Shown here: positions 34,376-45,039 of the stretch, piece after piece
How positions within the stretch are numbered: the first letter of the stretch is position 1
How the letters are laid out: every line of letters begins with the position of its first letter
Assembly: GCA_001687465.1 (NCBI GenBank)
Contig: LVLI01000385.1
Span: 1 to 45,039, forward strand
Source: Halocafeteria seosinensis
Lineage: Eukaryota
Length of the DNA stretch: 45,039 nt
Direction: 5' to 3'
The notes under the pieces: generated by a model
Databases searched by the model: none
Told to the model about the DNA's origin: nothing
Seen by the model: only the letters and a program-made list of their open reading frames with translations
Program-made: the position numbers and the translations under genes

Positions 34376-37300
34376 ATGGCGGCGTCATCGTCGTCATCTG
34401 TCAACAACGAACAGGAGGACAGAGGAGGAAGACTTTCCGAAAGTATGCTCCAAAATAGAGAAGCGACGGCTTCTTCTGCACCCTATAACGCGGTCTCAGC
34501 GGCACCGTCAACAGCTCGGGAACAACGCACTACTAGTCTTCCCCCGTCACAACCCAGTAGAATACGCATCGGTCGAGATGGTAGCATCCGGGTTAACGTT
34601 GGACGACGTCGCAGGTCCTCTCAAGAACGACGTACCAGTTCTGCCCAACCAAGTGCAACCCGTGGGGACAGTTCCCGTGAAAGGACATTTAGAAGTCAAA
34701 GTAGGAAGCTTGAAAATCTGCAAGAGCAATGGAGTGGGGGAAACTTGGATGACACAGTCAACAGAAGTCTCAACTCGAGTTTTCTCTCTCCGAACCGCAG
34801 CGGTGCCCCAATGTACGATCCCACGTATTCCACCATTTCTACCCGCAATACGACGCTAGATACCACTGATGACTCCGTGAGACACATTCGTGAAAGAATT
34901 GAGAGAGTAAACCGTGGCATGGAAAAGGTAACGGGGTCAACCCATTCAGGAACTCCTAACACTCGCCCGCATAGCGTGAACTCCTTCTCAGACGCAAAAC
35001 CGGCCGCTCGAAATCGAGAAGACGAAAGGACAAGCCAAATACTCGGTGAATCATTTTACACAGATCCCAATTCGACTGTGCGAAAGCTCTCAGAGAAGAG
35101 TCAGCAGCTCCTCAAGAACACCCACGTAAGGGAGATTTGTACACGTTTTCTCAAATGCCAAATTAATTAGTAGAATGCTCCATGAAAACGTTTTGTGCAG
35201 GAACGCTCTGTCCGCGAACGTGTGGCGAATCGCTTAGCTTCGATTCGTAATTCTCGAAGGGGGTCAGCCACAGATGAAAGCCAGATTTTAGACCGAAGCG
35301 AGTTCAGTGACGTGCTGGGAAACGAGCGGGACTCTGTCAATGAGAAGTCGACGGTGGCCTCCACCACTGAGTTCCATCGTGACAAGTATGAGTATCAGTC
35401 TACAGGTAAAGACGAATATGGTAAGAGCCAACGCGTGAACGTTGAAACAAGCCAACACGCTATGAGGGGAGTTGCCGCATACCAACCGACCTGGACGGAG
35501 CATCGAAGGTCACAACAGGCGTTCGAAGAACGTACATCAGGGAGAGCCGGGAAAAGACAAGCGGATACTGAAATTGTCAAACAACAGGTGCCAAGTAGTG
35601 GGGCAACCAAAGCAAAGATGCCAGGAGAGACTGGTGTTGCAGAAAGCAATGAGGGGCAACGAGGCGGCACTAGCTGGAGAAGCACATACACTGTCAGAGA
35701 AGCGGATTCTCAGGACTCAGCTGGGCAAACTAGAGAGGCAAATGAAGCTTACCCCACGTATTCGCGTTCCATGCCCGAGAAAGAAAACGTGGAAATATCT
35801 TCTCACAGGTTTGGCGCAGCTTCAGGGGGTCAGGTCTCAGCAGGTCGCGCGCACACACACAGACGTGACACTTCTCCGCGAGAAACATCTGTTTACGAAG
35901 GTGTACATGACTATAGCGGAGCCGCCGAGTCTCAGCTTTCAACAGACCGCCATGATACGTATGGTCAGGGTACATCCAACGACGAACGTGCTGCGGGAAG
36001 TACCCAGGGGGCAACGCCTTCTCACAGTACCCCTGATCGAAATTATAGACCCCAACCAGAAGATTCCGCCGAATTTTCTGTAGGGCGTCAAAGTGACTCG
36101 TCTTCTGTGTATCAGGAAAAACAGCGCGATCGTCGCACCGACGATTACAAAGGTACTGAAGTTCTCCAGAGTGATAACACACCACAGCTAGGCCGGGACA
36201 CTCGACATACCCCTGGATCCGCTGAATCATCCAAGAGTACGCCTGACAGTGTCGGTACTGAAGAAATATTGAAGGTCCTCACTAATGAGAGGACTAACCA
36301 CGGTAGAACAAGCGACGACAGTGTTAAGCAAAGTGTAGGCGGTCGAGAATGGAAGAGCTCCAGCTCTACGAGAGGGAAAGATGAAGAACGCGACTACAGA
36401 AGGGAGATGAAGTTGTGGAGATCCCGATGTTCTTCGTTGAAAAAGGTGTATGATGCGGAGGTTTCTGCCAGGCAGGAAGCGAGCAAACTGTACGAGGAGG
36501 CTTTAGCCGAAGTGAGAGGTTTAAGATCTCAGCTCAGTGAGTACTCCAACGACAACATCGTCGTCCAAAAGGAAAGAGAAATAGGTCGACTCAAGCAGGC
36601 CATGAGAGCTCAGCACGTGAGTGTCCAATCCGTCAATAGACAGCTGGAAGAGCGAACTTCTCTTTTGGAGGAAGCAGAGTATAAACTCAACGCATCAAAG
36701 GAGAAAATCATTCAGCTTGAAAATAGAGTTGCTGCAATTAAAGAAGAAGACACCGTTAGGGAGAAAGACAAAGAGATTTCTGAGCTCAGACTTGAGTTGA
36801 GAAAGAAGCAGGAACAAATGAATTCGATGAATTTGAGTCACGAGAGGGGTAGAGAACGTTCTGCAGATCATGGAACATGGCTCAAAGAGCGAATTGAGTC
36901 GCTTGAGGAGGAAAATAGCCAGTTGAGGGTGCAAATAAAACTGTGGGAGGACAGCGAGAAGCAGTACCAGTCTAGCATTGAGGAGTACCAGAAGCAACTA
37001 CAAGCTACCCATGACGATCTACGATTCGAGCGAAGAAAACGGTCTCAATTAGAAGAAAACCTGACTGACGAAAACGCCAAAGTACAGAAAGCTAACGAGG
37101 AAGCTCAGATCGCTCAAGATAAACAGGAGGAGTTGCGTGCTCAGGTTGATTCATTGAGACAGAATGTCTCTTCTCGTGACAGCGAGATCAGTGACTTGCA
37201 AAGCCAATTGGAAAGCAAAGAGTCCGAGCTGCGGCAACTTCGTTACTCTTTGCAAGAGTACGGGGAAAGAGTGACAACGTATCAGGATGAGGCTTCCAAT

Positions 37301-40300
37301 CTTCAAGCGAGTTTAGAGCAAGTGCAACGCGACTACGAAAATGCTGTCATCCACGGAAAAAATAAAGAGTCAGAACTACAGGAAAAAGAGGAACAAATTA
37401 CTGAAGATCACGAGAAACTGGAGCAACTTCGCAACGAAATCAAGGAATGGAGGGATATACTTAGGCAACGGGATCAACAACTAAAAGATATCAAAGAGGC
37501 TAGAGAGACACTGAGAACCGAGGTGGAGGCAACAAAGGACGATTTGACCTACTACAAAGGGAGAAGCACTGCCCTTGAGCAGGACTATTCTCACTTGCAG
37601 GAGACAGCCAAAGCGTATGAAGATAGGGTGACGAAGTATGAGCATGAGCTTCAGGAAAAGGAGGAGACGCTCGAGCGGTTACAGAGGCAGCTTGATGAGA
37701 GTGAGAAACACCGATCAACCGCGGAACACAATGCTCGTGATCTTGCAGAATCTTCCTCAACGAAGGCAAGAAAGGTTGAACAGCTGCACATGTTTGTCGA
37801 AGACCAAGATGGCTTAATTGCTCGTTTAAGCAGCTTAGTCCAGCGATTCGAGGATGAAATCAAGAATCGGAAGCATGAGATATCTGAGTTGTATCAGTCT
37901 GCCGAAGAAAAAAGCAAAGAAATGCAACAGTCCGAGGCGGAAAAGCAGAGAGTTTCGAGAGAATTTAGCCGGTGCTACACCGAGCTTATCTCGGTTTCAG
38001 AACGAATGAGCATGCTACAAGAAGATAACAGTATGCTGTCCAAGCGTTCACAGCTTCATGTAGAACTGATCAAGCAGACTGCATCGTCTCTCGGGGAAAC
38101 CCTTACAGTGGAGCAGTGCTTGGGTTTACTAGAAAACAGCTTCAAGCAGAAGGATCGGGAAATGGAGAGTCTCCACGAGCGCCTGCAAGTCGAATCGGCG
38201 GAGAAATCTTCTGCAGAGGAAAGTCTCGCAGAAATGCGGTTGTCGAAGGATAAGATCGAGGCACAACTGTCATCGATTATCGGAACGGTGGAAGAAGTGC
38301 TGCGTTGTTTTGAAGATGCAGGACTTCAGCAAGGCCATTCGCCGAGCATTGACGAATCAGATCAATTGCGGGAGGAGTTGAAGCATCAGTGTCAATTGGT
38401 AATAAAAAATTGGCAAACCAAAGCAGACGAAATTGAAGCGTTGAGGGAAAAACTCAAAACCTCTAATAATGAAATAAACCAGTTGAAGTCTGCTTTAAGG
38501 GACACAGAGGAGCGTCTTCGTGAACGAAATGAGTCCGTCAGCGATTTAAAGGCGAAAGTGTCCGAGCTACATAGTTCAATGTCTACGGCACAGGATGAGC
38601 TTGAGGACATTAAGAAAGAGTTCCAAGAAGAAAAGGACACAAACTGTCGGCTCAATAAAGAGTATGAGGAAATGCAAAATACGCTGGAGGAGGTTAAAGG
38701 TCAACTGAACTCCACTCAGCAAAATCTGAAAGAGGAGAGAGATCGTCACCGCAATGATCGGAGAAATTTGCACAGGTCGATGGCAGAATACAGGGATGGG
38801 ATTCTAATGATCATTCAAGGTCTCCAATATTTCAGAACCCGGTTTCAAGATTTACGGTACCTGAAAGATGCTCCGGAGATTAATTGGCCTCATTTTATTG
38901 ACTACACTGCGAATGAACTACGGGAGTATGCATTCAATTCGGAGTCATTTGAGGCAATGGAGACTTGCATAGTAGAGTCCGCCGATAGTCTGCGGCATAT
39001 GGAGGCCACTGCTTGGGAGTACGATTACCAGCAACGAGACATGCGCAGTCAATTGAAGCAATTGCAGGCAGAACGGGAACAGCTCTCTAAGGAGAAACGG
39101 TCGCTTCAGGAATCACTCGAACAAGAAAGAGAAGCACATTCTGAAGATATTCGGACAAAGAGTGAACAGCTAAAGGAGGCCCAGGATGAGCTTCGCGAGA
39201 AGGTACACGAAATCGGACAATTGGAAGAAAAAGTTGAATACGTCCAAAACGACAAAGAAGACATGGCAGCTGTCAATGAGAAGCTTACTGAGAGACTCCA
39301 TCGGCTGGATAGTACCTTAAGAGATCTTCGCGGTAGGTATTCATCGATGTCTTCAAACGTCAGGATATCTGAGCACCGGTTAGAGCAGTACCGTATGATG
39401 ATAGAACAAACCCAATTGAAAGCAGAAGACCGCGTTATGCAGACGCTGCAGCGCCCGAAAGTAAATGAAGGACACGCAATTGAGAAGTATGAGAGGGAAA
39501 ATGCTGAGCTTTCTGAGTCGGTGGAAAGAAAGAACGAGGAACTACGATATCTCCAAGAAAGGATTAGAGAATTTCAAGAAGCGGAAGAACGCTCTGAAAA
39601 GCGTTTGAGGGAATTCGAAGAGGGGGATGCAGACAATAAACAGTACATAAACCAGCTTATCTGTGAAAAGGAGACGGAGCAAGCCCGAAATCAGGACGTT
39701 GATGCGTTACTAGACTCTGTAAAAGAAGAAAGGAATAAACTCCAGAAATCTCGTGACGATATTGAAAGGCAGCTAGGCCAGGTTTTAGAAGATTCGAAGA
39801 AATATCGAAAGGAGCTGGAACAGGAGAGGAATCGCTCATGGGAACTACAGCAAGCAAATAACTCTCTTCAGGATACATGTGATCGCCTCCGCACAGAATT
39901 GAGTAATCTCGAGTCTAGCCGTAGCTCTCTGGCTCAGGAGTCTATAAATGCCTTCCGAAGGCGCTCCAACAAGCTTAGATGGATGATATCAGGCTTGCGC
40001 GAAGAACTTACCTCGTTAAGAGAATATGCTCATGGGATTGGACATCTCTCGAAAACAGAGGAACCGCTTAGCTATTTAACGGAGCTGCAGCTTACGCTAA
40101 AAAGAAACAGACGCAACAACGCGCTTATACAAAATCGTCTTGATTCCGCTTTGTCTGATTCCCAATTATCGAAGAAGCTAGTACTTTGCGCTGTGCAACA
40201 CTATAACAAACTCATCGATGCTGTATGCTGGCGCTTTTCTCAGCTGACCGGAAACGCTATTGTTCCTGCTAAACTCGCTGAAGAGTTGCCATCTTCTGCG

Positions 40301-43300
40301 GAAGAGTTCGAAGAAGTCTTATCTTGGACAGTGGTGGAATTTCAAAATACGTTGCAGAGTGCTGGTTCATTCGAGGACCAAGAGTTGGTCCGCAAGCCGG
40401 CAGAATTCCCGGAGCGTTACAATATGGTGGTAGAAGATCTTTGCAGTAGATTAAAAGAGATAGATTCGGAAAGAGAAGAGCTCTCAGAACAGCTTAATCG
40501 TAGTCAAGAACGGAATCGTGCACTGCGAGAATCGTTGACTGGAACTGAGAACGAATTAGCGGAGACCAAGAGTCGGCTGGACATAGCTTCAGCGTCGGAG
40601 GAAATGGTTGACAATGCGTTGGATTCCATTAATGAATTGAAAGATGAAGTTGACTATTATCGCAACCAGCAGATTGAAAACGAGCAAACTATTAATAAAT
40701 TGTACGATGAAGTGGCCCTCCTGAAGGAACAAAATGCTTCCCTAGAATCGGAGCTTCAAAAGAGCCACGGAAAGAGTGGTGTGGAGACACACGCCTACGG
40801 TGGGGAACGCGGTGGGTTGGAGATAAAGAATGCACCGAGATCCCGTTTAGATGAGCTAAGTGAGAGGCAATCCGAGCTCGAGAAACACCTTGAAGAAAAG
40901 GAAAAGGAGCTAAACGAATTGAGAAAGACGTTTTCGCAGGATGTGCGGAAAGATACTACTGAACGCGGCACTGATGAATTGGATATAATAAGGGCCGACC
41001 GAGACAGTGCACGGCAGGAGGTTAAGCAGTTGCAAAGTCAACTTAGTACTGTGCAGAACCACTTGAACGAAACGATGGAGGCGTTCCAGGCTCACAAATC
41101 TAGAATCAACGCTATGTACGAGGAAAACTCGTCCCTCAAAGATCAATTGAACCGTTTAGAGAGTACCAGGGATTTAACACCGTCAAACAATTCGGATGAG
41201 CTGTATAGGGTCGGCGAATTTAACTCCCAAGCTACAGCTGAGAGGGAGGTGCAGCGGTTGCGTTCTGTTATCGAGGTATACGAACGGTCGGTATCAGATA
41301 TCCAAAACCAAGTTACTTCACTCTCGAAGTCGCTTCGCGAGAAGGATACAAGAGTGCAACAATTGTATGCGGATAAGACCCATCTTGAGAATCAGGTCTC
41401 GACGATGCAGTATGAGAATGAGCACCTTCGAAATCACATTGACACCCTCAAAATTTCCATCCAAACTCTTTTCTGTAGCTACATGACGGAAACTCGGCAG
41501 TCCACACATAAGCGTGAATCGAGTGATGGACAGGATCCTGATGCCGAAGTCGAAAGCGCTCGCGCCAATGTTGAGGAGCTGAACAAGTTCATGGATAGAC
41601 AGTCAAAGAAAATCTCAGAGTACGAAAAGAAAATCGAGGAAAAGGACAAGCAGTTAAATGATCTCAGATTAAACATGAAGCCACAACGTGAAATAATCAC
41701 CAGATCAATGGGCTCCCAGACCGCGTTGAAAGAAGACGGAGAGAAGGTTAAGCAGCAAACGCGTCAGGTTGAAACCCTGAATGCCAAGTTAGGGGCGAAA
41801 ACGAAGCAGCTGCATCGAGTGGAAGAGCGGAAGCAGGGTTACTTGCTAAGACTCCGAAAATTGATGGTGGCCGTAAAGCGAATTTGCCAGGAGGTGGCTT
41901 CAGAAGAATCGTTAGACGTGGATAATTTGCGTGGAAGCGGTAAAGATGTTATAGCTAAGGTGCTTGCTTCGGAGCAAGCAAGCGAAGACCAATTTGACAA
42001 GAATGTTGACGAAGAGGTCGATACGTCAATAGGCCTTATACGCTCTGTATTTGAGGAGCTGCTAGAAAAGTTGTGGCACTCCGGCCATCATCTTGAAGAC
42101 GAACGTAATACAGGCACCCGCTTGACTCGAATAGCAAATCGCGGTGAGAGAGAGGACAGACCAACGCAAGACTATTCTGATGGTGAAGATGCTGTCGAAC
42201 AAGATAGTGTAAACAATGAGCATTCACAGTCCTACGAGGACGATTCTACGGTAGACTTCTTGATGCAACAACAAGAAGATATCGAAAATCAGCTGCAGAA
42301 ACTGCATCAACGTCTTCAAGGCGTTGCTCAAGACGACCGTGATGAAGGCTATGGTGATGCTGTAGGAGCGTTTTCCAGGGGAAAATCCGGTACGGAACAT
42401 GATGCAGCATGCTCTACCGGGCGTTCCTCAGTTGAAAATTGGGACGGAGGATCCCGAGGGGAACATTTGGACAAAATGGCCACCGGAACAGTAAACGAGG
42501 TGTCAGATTATGCTGCACATGGGTCTAGACAGGTATTCGAGCGAGAAGCGAAGGTACCCGTTTCTCGCTCTGTCGAAGAAAGACATCATGACAGTACCTT
42601 CGAGAAAAATATCGAAGATACAGGATTTGAATCTGGCTCGACGCAGACCCCTACTACTATTGAGGAGAACAGTGAACATACGGTCCCGATGCTCAACATA
42701 GATGAATCGACGCGTAACGTCAACGAAGAGAGGAGGAGATCTCGCGATGAGAGGAAGTCCCGACGAAGCAAGTCCCAGAGAGCCAAAAAGAGAAACAACT
42801 CCTTTATTCATATACCGTCAGCTAGAGATGCAAAGCAGAGGAGTCGTGGAAGAGCCCATTCTCTGCATGACACAGTCATTCGGAAGATGTCTAGAAAAGG
42901 CATCAGGAGATGTGGGTCAGCGGGTGCCCTGTCTGCAGAGGAATGGGCCAAACGATATCACAGTCTTCAAGAGAGTGTTAAACAGAAGCGGGCTGCTCAA
43001 CAATCTCGTCGTCGAAAGAAAAATGAACACGCTCGGCGGGCGGAGGAGGCTGCTCGGCGGCGGCGAGAGGAGAAGATGGCGGATGAAGTTCAGCATCGCG
43101 TCAGGGACGCTATTAATGAATATGCCGATGTCTTCTCGGATAGAGTAGAAACAGTTGTAAATCGCTATGAAACTCAAATCAGTCGCCAATTGCTTCGGCT
43201 GCCCGACCAGGGTGAAGAGCGTTACCTCGGTACGGATGAAACGTTGGAAAGAGACCATTGTGAGCGGGCTCCGGATGCTCCCGATATTGCTGAACTGAGA

Positions 43301-43774
43301 ACAGAAGCGGCAGTGGCTGCTACTGATGCTATTCGACTTCTAAAGCGGCAGCAAGTTGAGTCATTGAAGAGTGGCATCTGTCCTGAAACTGCTGCGTGGT
43401 TGTTGGCTGGATCCTATTCATCCCGGATGAATTCGAAGCAACAGAGAGTAGATGCATCTAAGGAGAATGCACCCGAAAAAGAGGGGGAAAGTGAATGCGA
43501 TAGCATAGGTTATCTACTGCGTGAATTACGGCGTTGCCTTGGCCTGTTGAAGCAAAGTGGCCAATTGAGTGCTCGTGATTGCAGCACTCTAGCCAGGGCT
43601 ATCGGCCTTCGAAGAGCCACTCAAGTGGATGCAACGAAACAGAGGGTACGAGGTCCGGACCACCAACACTCAGAAGTCCCTGCCAGGATTGCTCAGAGTC
43701 TGGCTGAGTTAAATGCTACACAGTTACCGTTTGAACGTGCTGGTGACACCTTTCGGAGTGATCTGAAGGGTTAG
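34376..43774 (+). CDS. Giant coiled-coil protein, ~3107 aa; single intron 35126-35200
   Basis: The ORF from ATG 34376 splices in frame (CAC|gtaagg...tgcag|GAA) to the 8.6-kb ORF. A long disordered S/R/T-rich head is followed by roughly 1900 residues of E/Q/K/R/L-rich heptads and a basic patch near the C-terminus. No catalytic domain recognised. Confidence 0.85.
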
Positions 43775-43792
43775 TGAATATGTGTCGATGCC

Positions 43793-44047
43793 CGCGCGTT
43801 TTCCTTTAGATTCTTCCCTCGACGAGCCTATCGGGATAGGTTGACAAGTTGCCAGCCTTTTCACTAAACAACCTGAGGCAAAGGCTTTGGCCCAAAGCAT
43901 TTAGCGAGAGTTTTGGCTCTGGCCTTATATAGCCGTAGGATCATGAGGGCTAGGATGCAGAAATAAGGACCGATTCTTATCATCGACGGCTTTGTGCACG
44001 CCTTTCAGGTGGAGAAATGCCATTGGAAAGGCAATTGGATTTATGCA
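43793..44047 (+). pseudogene. Decayed remnant of the ascorbate peroxidase coding region (corresponds to ~1561-1799)
   Basis: An exact 17-mer gcaattggatttatgca occurs at 44031 and 1783, each preceded by tggaaa. Collinear weaker blocks are SSLDE vs STLDD, RDRL vs RDRI, QLFTKQP vs QLFNEKP, and taggatgcagaaataaggaccg vs tacgacgcaaagaccaagaccg (15/22 identical). The copy is frameshifted. Confidence 0.65.
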
Positions 44048-44083
44048 CTCTGTTGGACTTCTATTGCGAAATCGTTCGCAGAC

Positions 44084-44810
44084 ACAGTTGTAAATCGCTA
44101 TGAGACTACAACCAATCGCTAATTGCTTCGAGTCCCCTCGAGTTCCGTTCGACTCTCACACAAGGTGCATAACACTCTGGAACGAGACCAATTGTTAGTT
44201 GCTGAACTGAGGAGGGGAGCGGAAGTGGCTGCTACTGATGCTATTCGACTTCTAACGTAACAGAAGTTGAACCATTGAAGCAGGGTATATGATATATATC
44301 CTGCGGATCAGGTCATGTGAATTCGCAACAACGAAGATGCGTGTAAAGAAAATGTGCCCGAAGAAAGGGGTAGGAGTGACTACGATAGCATCGATTATCT
44401 AGGGTGTGAATTGGGCGTTGCCTGTAGTGTTGCAGCACAGTCAATAGTGAAAGTCCGGTGATTAAAGTGCGCTTGCCAGGGCTATCGCCCTTCGAGAGCC
44501 ACTCAAACCGATACAACCAAGAAGAGGTACGAGGTCCGGACCATCAACACTCTGACGTTCCCGCCAGGATCACTCACAGTCTGGTAGACTTAATTGCTAC
44601 AAGTTTTTACCGTTTAAACGAGCTGGTGGGTGGCTTTTCGACTGTTGTACCGAATCGTTTACGTGACATACAGGGAAATACGTGTCGATGCCGGTATATT
44701 GCTCATCAAAAGAAACGTGGTTTCCTTTGCCTTGACTCCCGAAAGAAGGATCTCTCTTCAACAGACCTATTCACTTGCCCGACTAATTCGATGGCAAGTC
44801 ACTGTACCAG
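44084..44810 (+). pseudogene. Decayed tandem duplicate of the 3' end and 3' flank of the giant coiled-coil gene (~43151-43855)
   Basis: Exact collinear blocks: 20 nt 43151/44084, 32 nt 43312/44224, 18 nt 43645/44526, and gtgtcgatgcc 43782/44682. Many indels and stops lie between them. The right boundary is approximate. Confidence 0.9.
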
Positions 44811-44899
44811 ACAACAAAAGTGTGCACAGCGAGAACAACTGTTAATAAGAGAGGTATCAATTCTCCCGACCCTGCTGTACCCCTCTACTGATGAACAAC

Positions 44900-45039
44900 T
44901 TAAAGCGCATCAATATCTACTTCTGCTCCACCTTCACCGGCGTCGTCTTCGTCCCCTTCTCCTCCTTCGTCGAATTCGAAAGCTCCTTCAGCACCGGCAT
45001 CTCCGGCCATTTCAGAGCCGCCTGCAACAGCTCCTGTTT
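44900..45039 (-). CDS. 3' end of a gene running off the window; acidic tail resembling eukaryotic initiation factor 1A
   Basis: The minus strand reads TGAVAGGSEMAGDAGAEGAFEFDEGGEGDEDDAGEGGAEVDIDAL*. FEF, the acidic run and terminal DIDxL resemble the eIF1A C-tail (yeast ...NFEF...LDIDDI). eIF5 also ends DIDAI and cannot be excluded. Confidence 0.6.
   Translation of the reverse strand, partial: TGAVAGGSEMAGDAGAEGAFEFDEGGEGDEDDAGEGGAEVDIDAL

Noticed and set aside
35288..43258. Numerous short antisense or alternate-frame ORFs inside long genes
   Set aside because: These are shadow ORFs expected from the codon bias of the real CDS, many start at non-ATG codons, and none has recognisable motifs.

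Overview
Eukaryotic nuclear DNA from a compact, gene-dense genome. Short canonical GT-AG introns (about 42-83 nt, with GTAAG/GTACG/GTGCG donors) split many of the supplied ORFs, so gene models below were re-spliced by hand. IFT22 implies a flagellated cell, and the overall style suggests a heterotrophic protist, possibly a stramenopile (inference only). The window holds twelve protein genes plus one partial gene: ascorbate peroxidase with a mitochondrial-type presequence, IFT22/RABL5, GCAT/Kbl, a vacuolin-like SPFH protein with six tandem N-terminal repeats, a GPR155/LYCHOS-like PIN-transporter/GPCR hybrid, a MAT2B-like SDR, CPSF73, an uncharacterised protein, an oversized SKI3/TTC37, a tail-to-tail GT-A plus exostosin GT47 glycosyltransferase pair, a ~3100-aa coiled-coil protein, and the 3' end of a probable eIF1A. 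The most unusual non-genic signals are (i) a phased array at 1-310 of a 12-bp motif with mostly unique ~29-nt spacers at ~41-bp period, and (ii) decayed duplications at both window ends, including an APX remnant 42 kb from the intact APX gene inside a ~0.9-kb tandem duplication. All family calls come from motif recognition and remembered family consensus, not from database searches.
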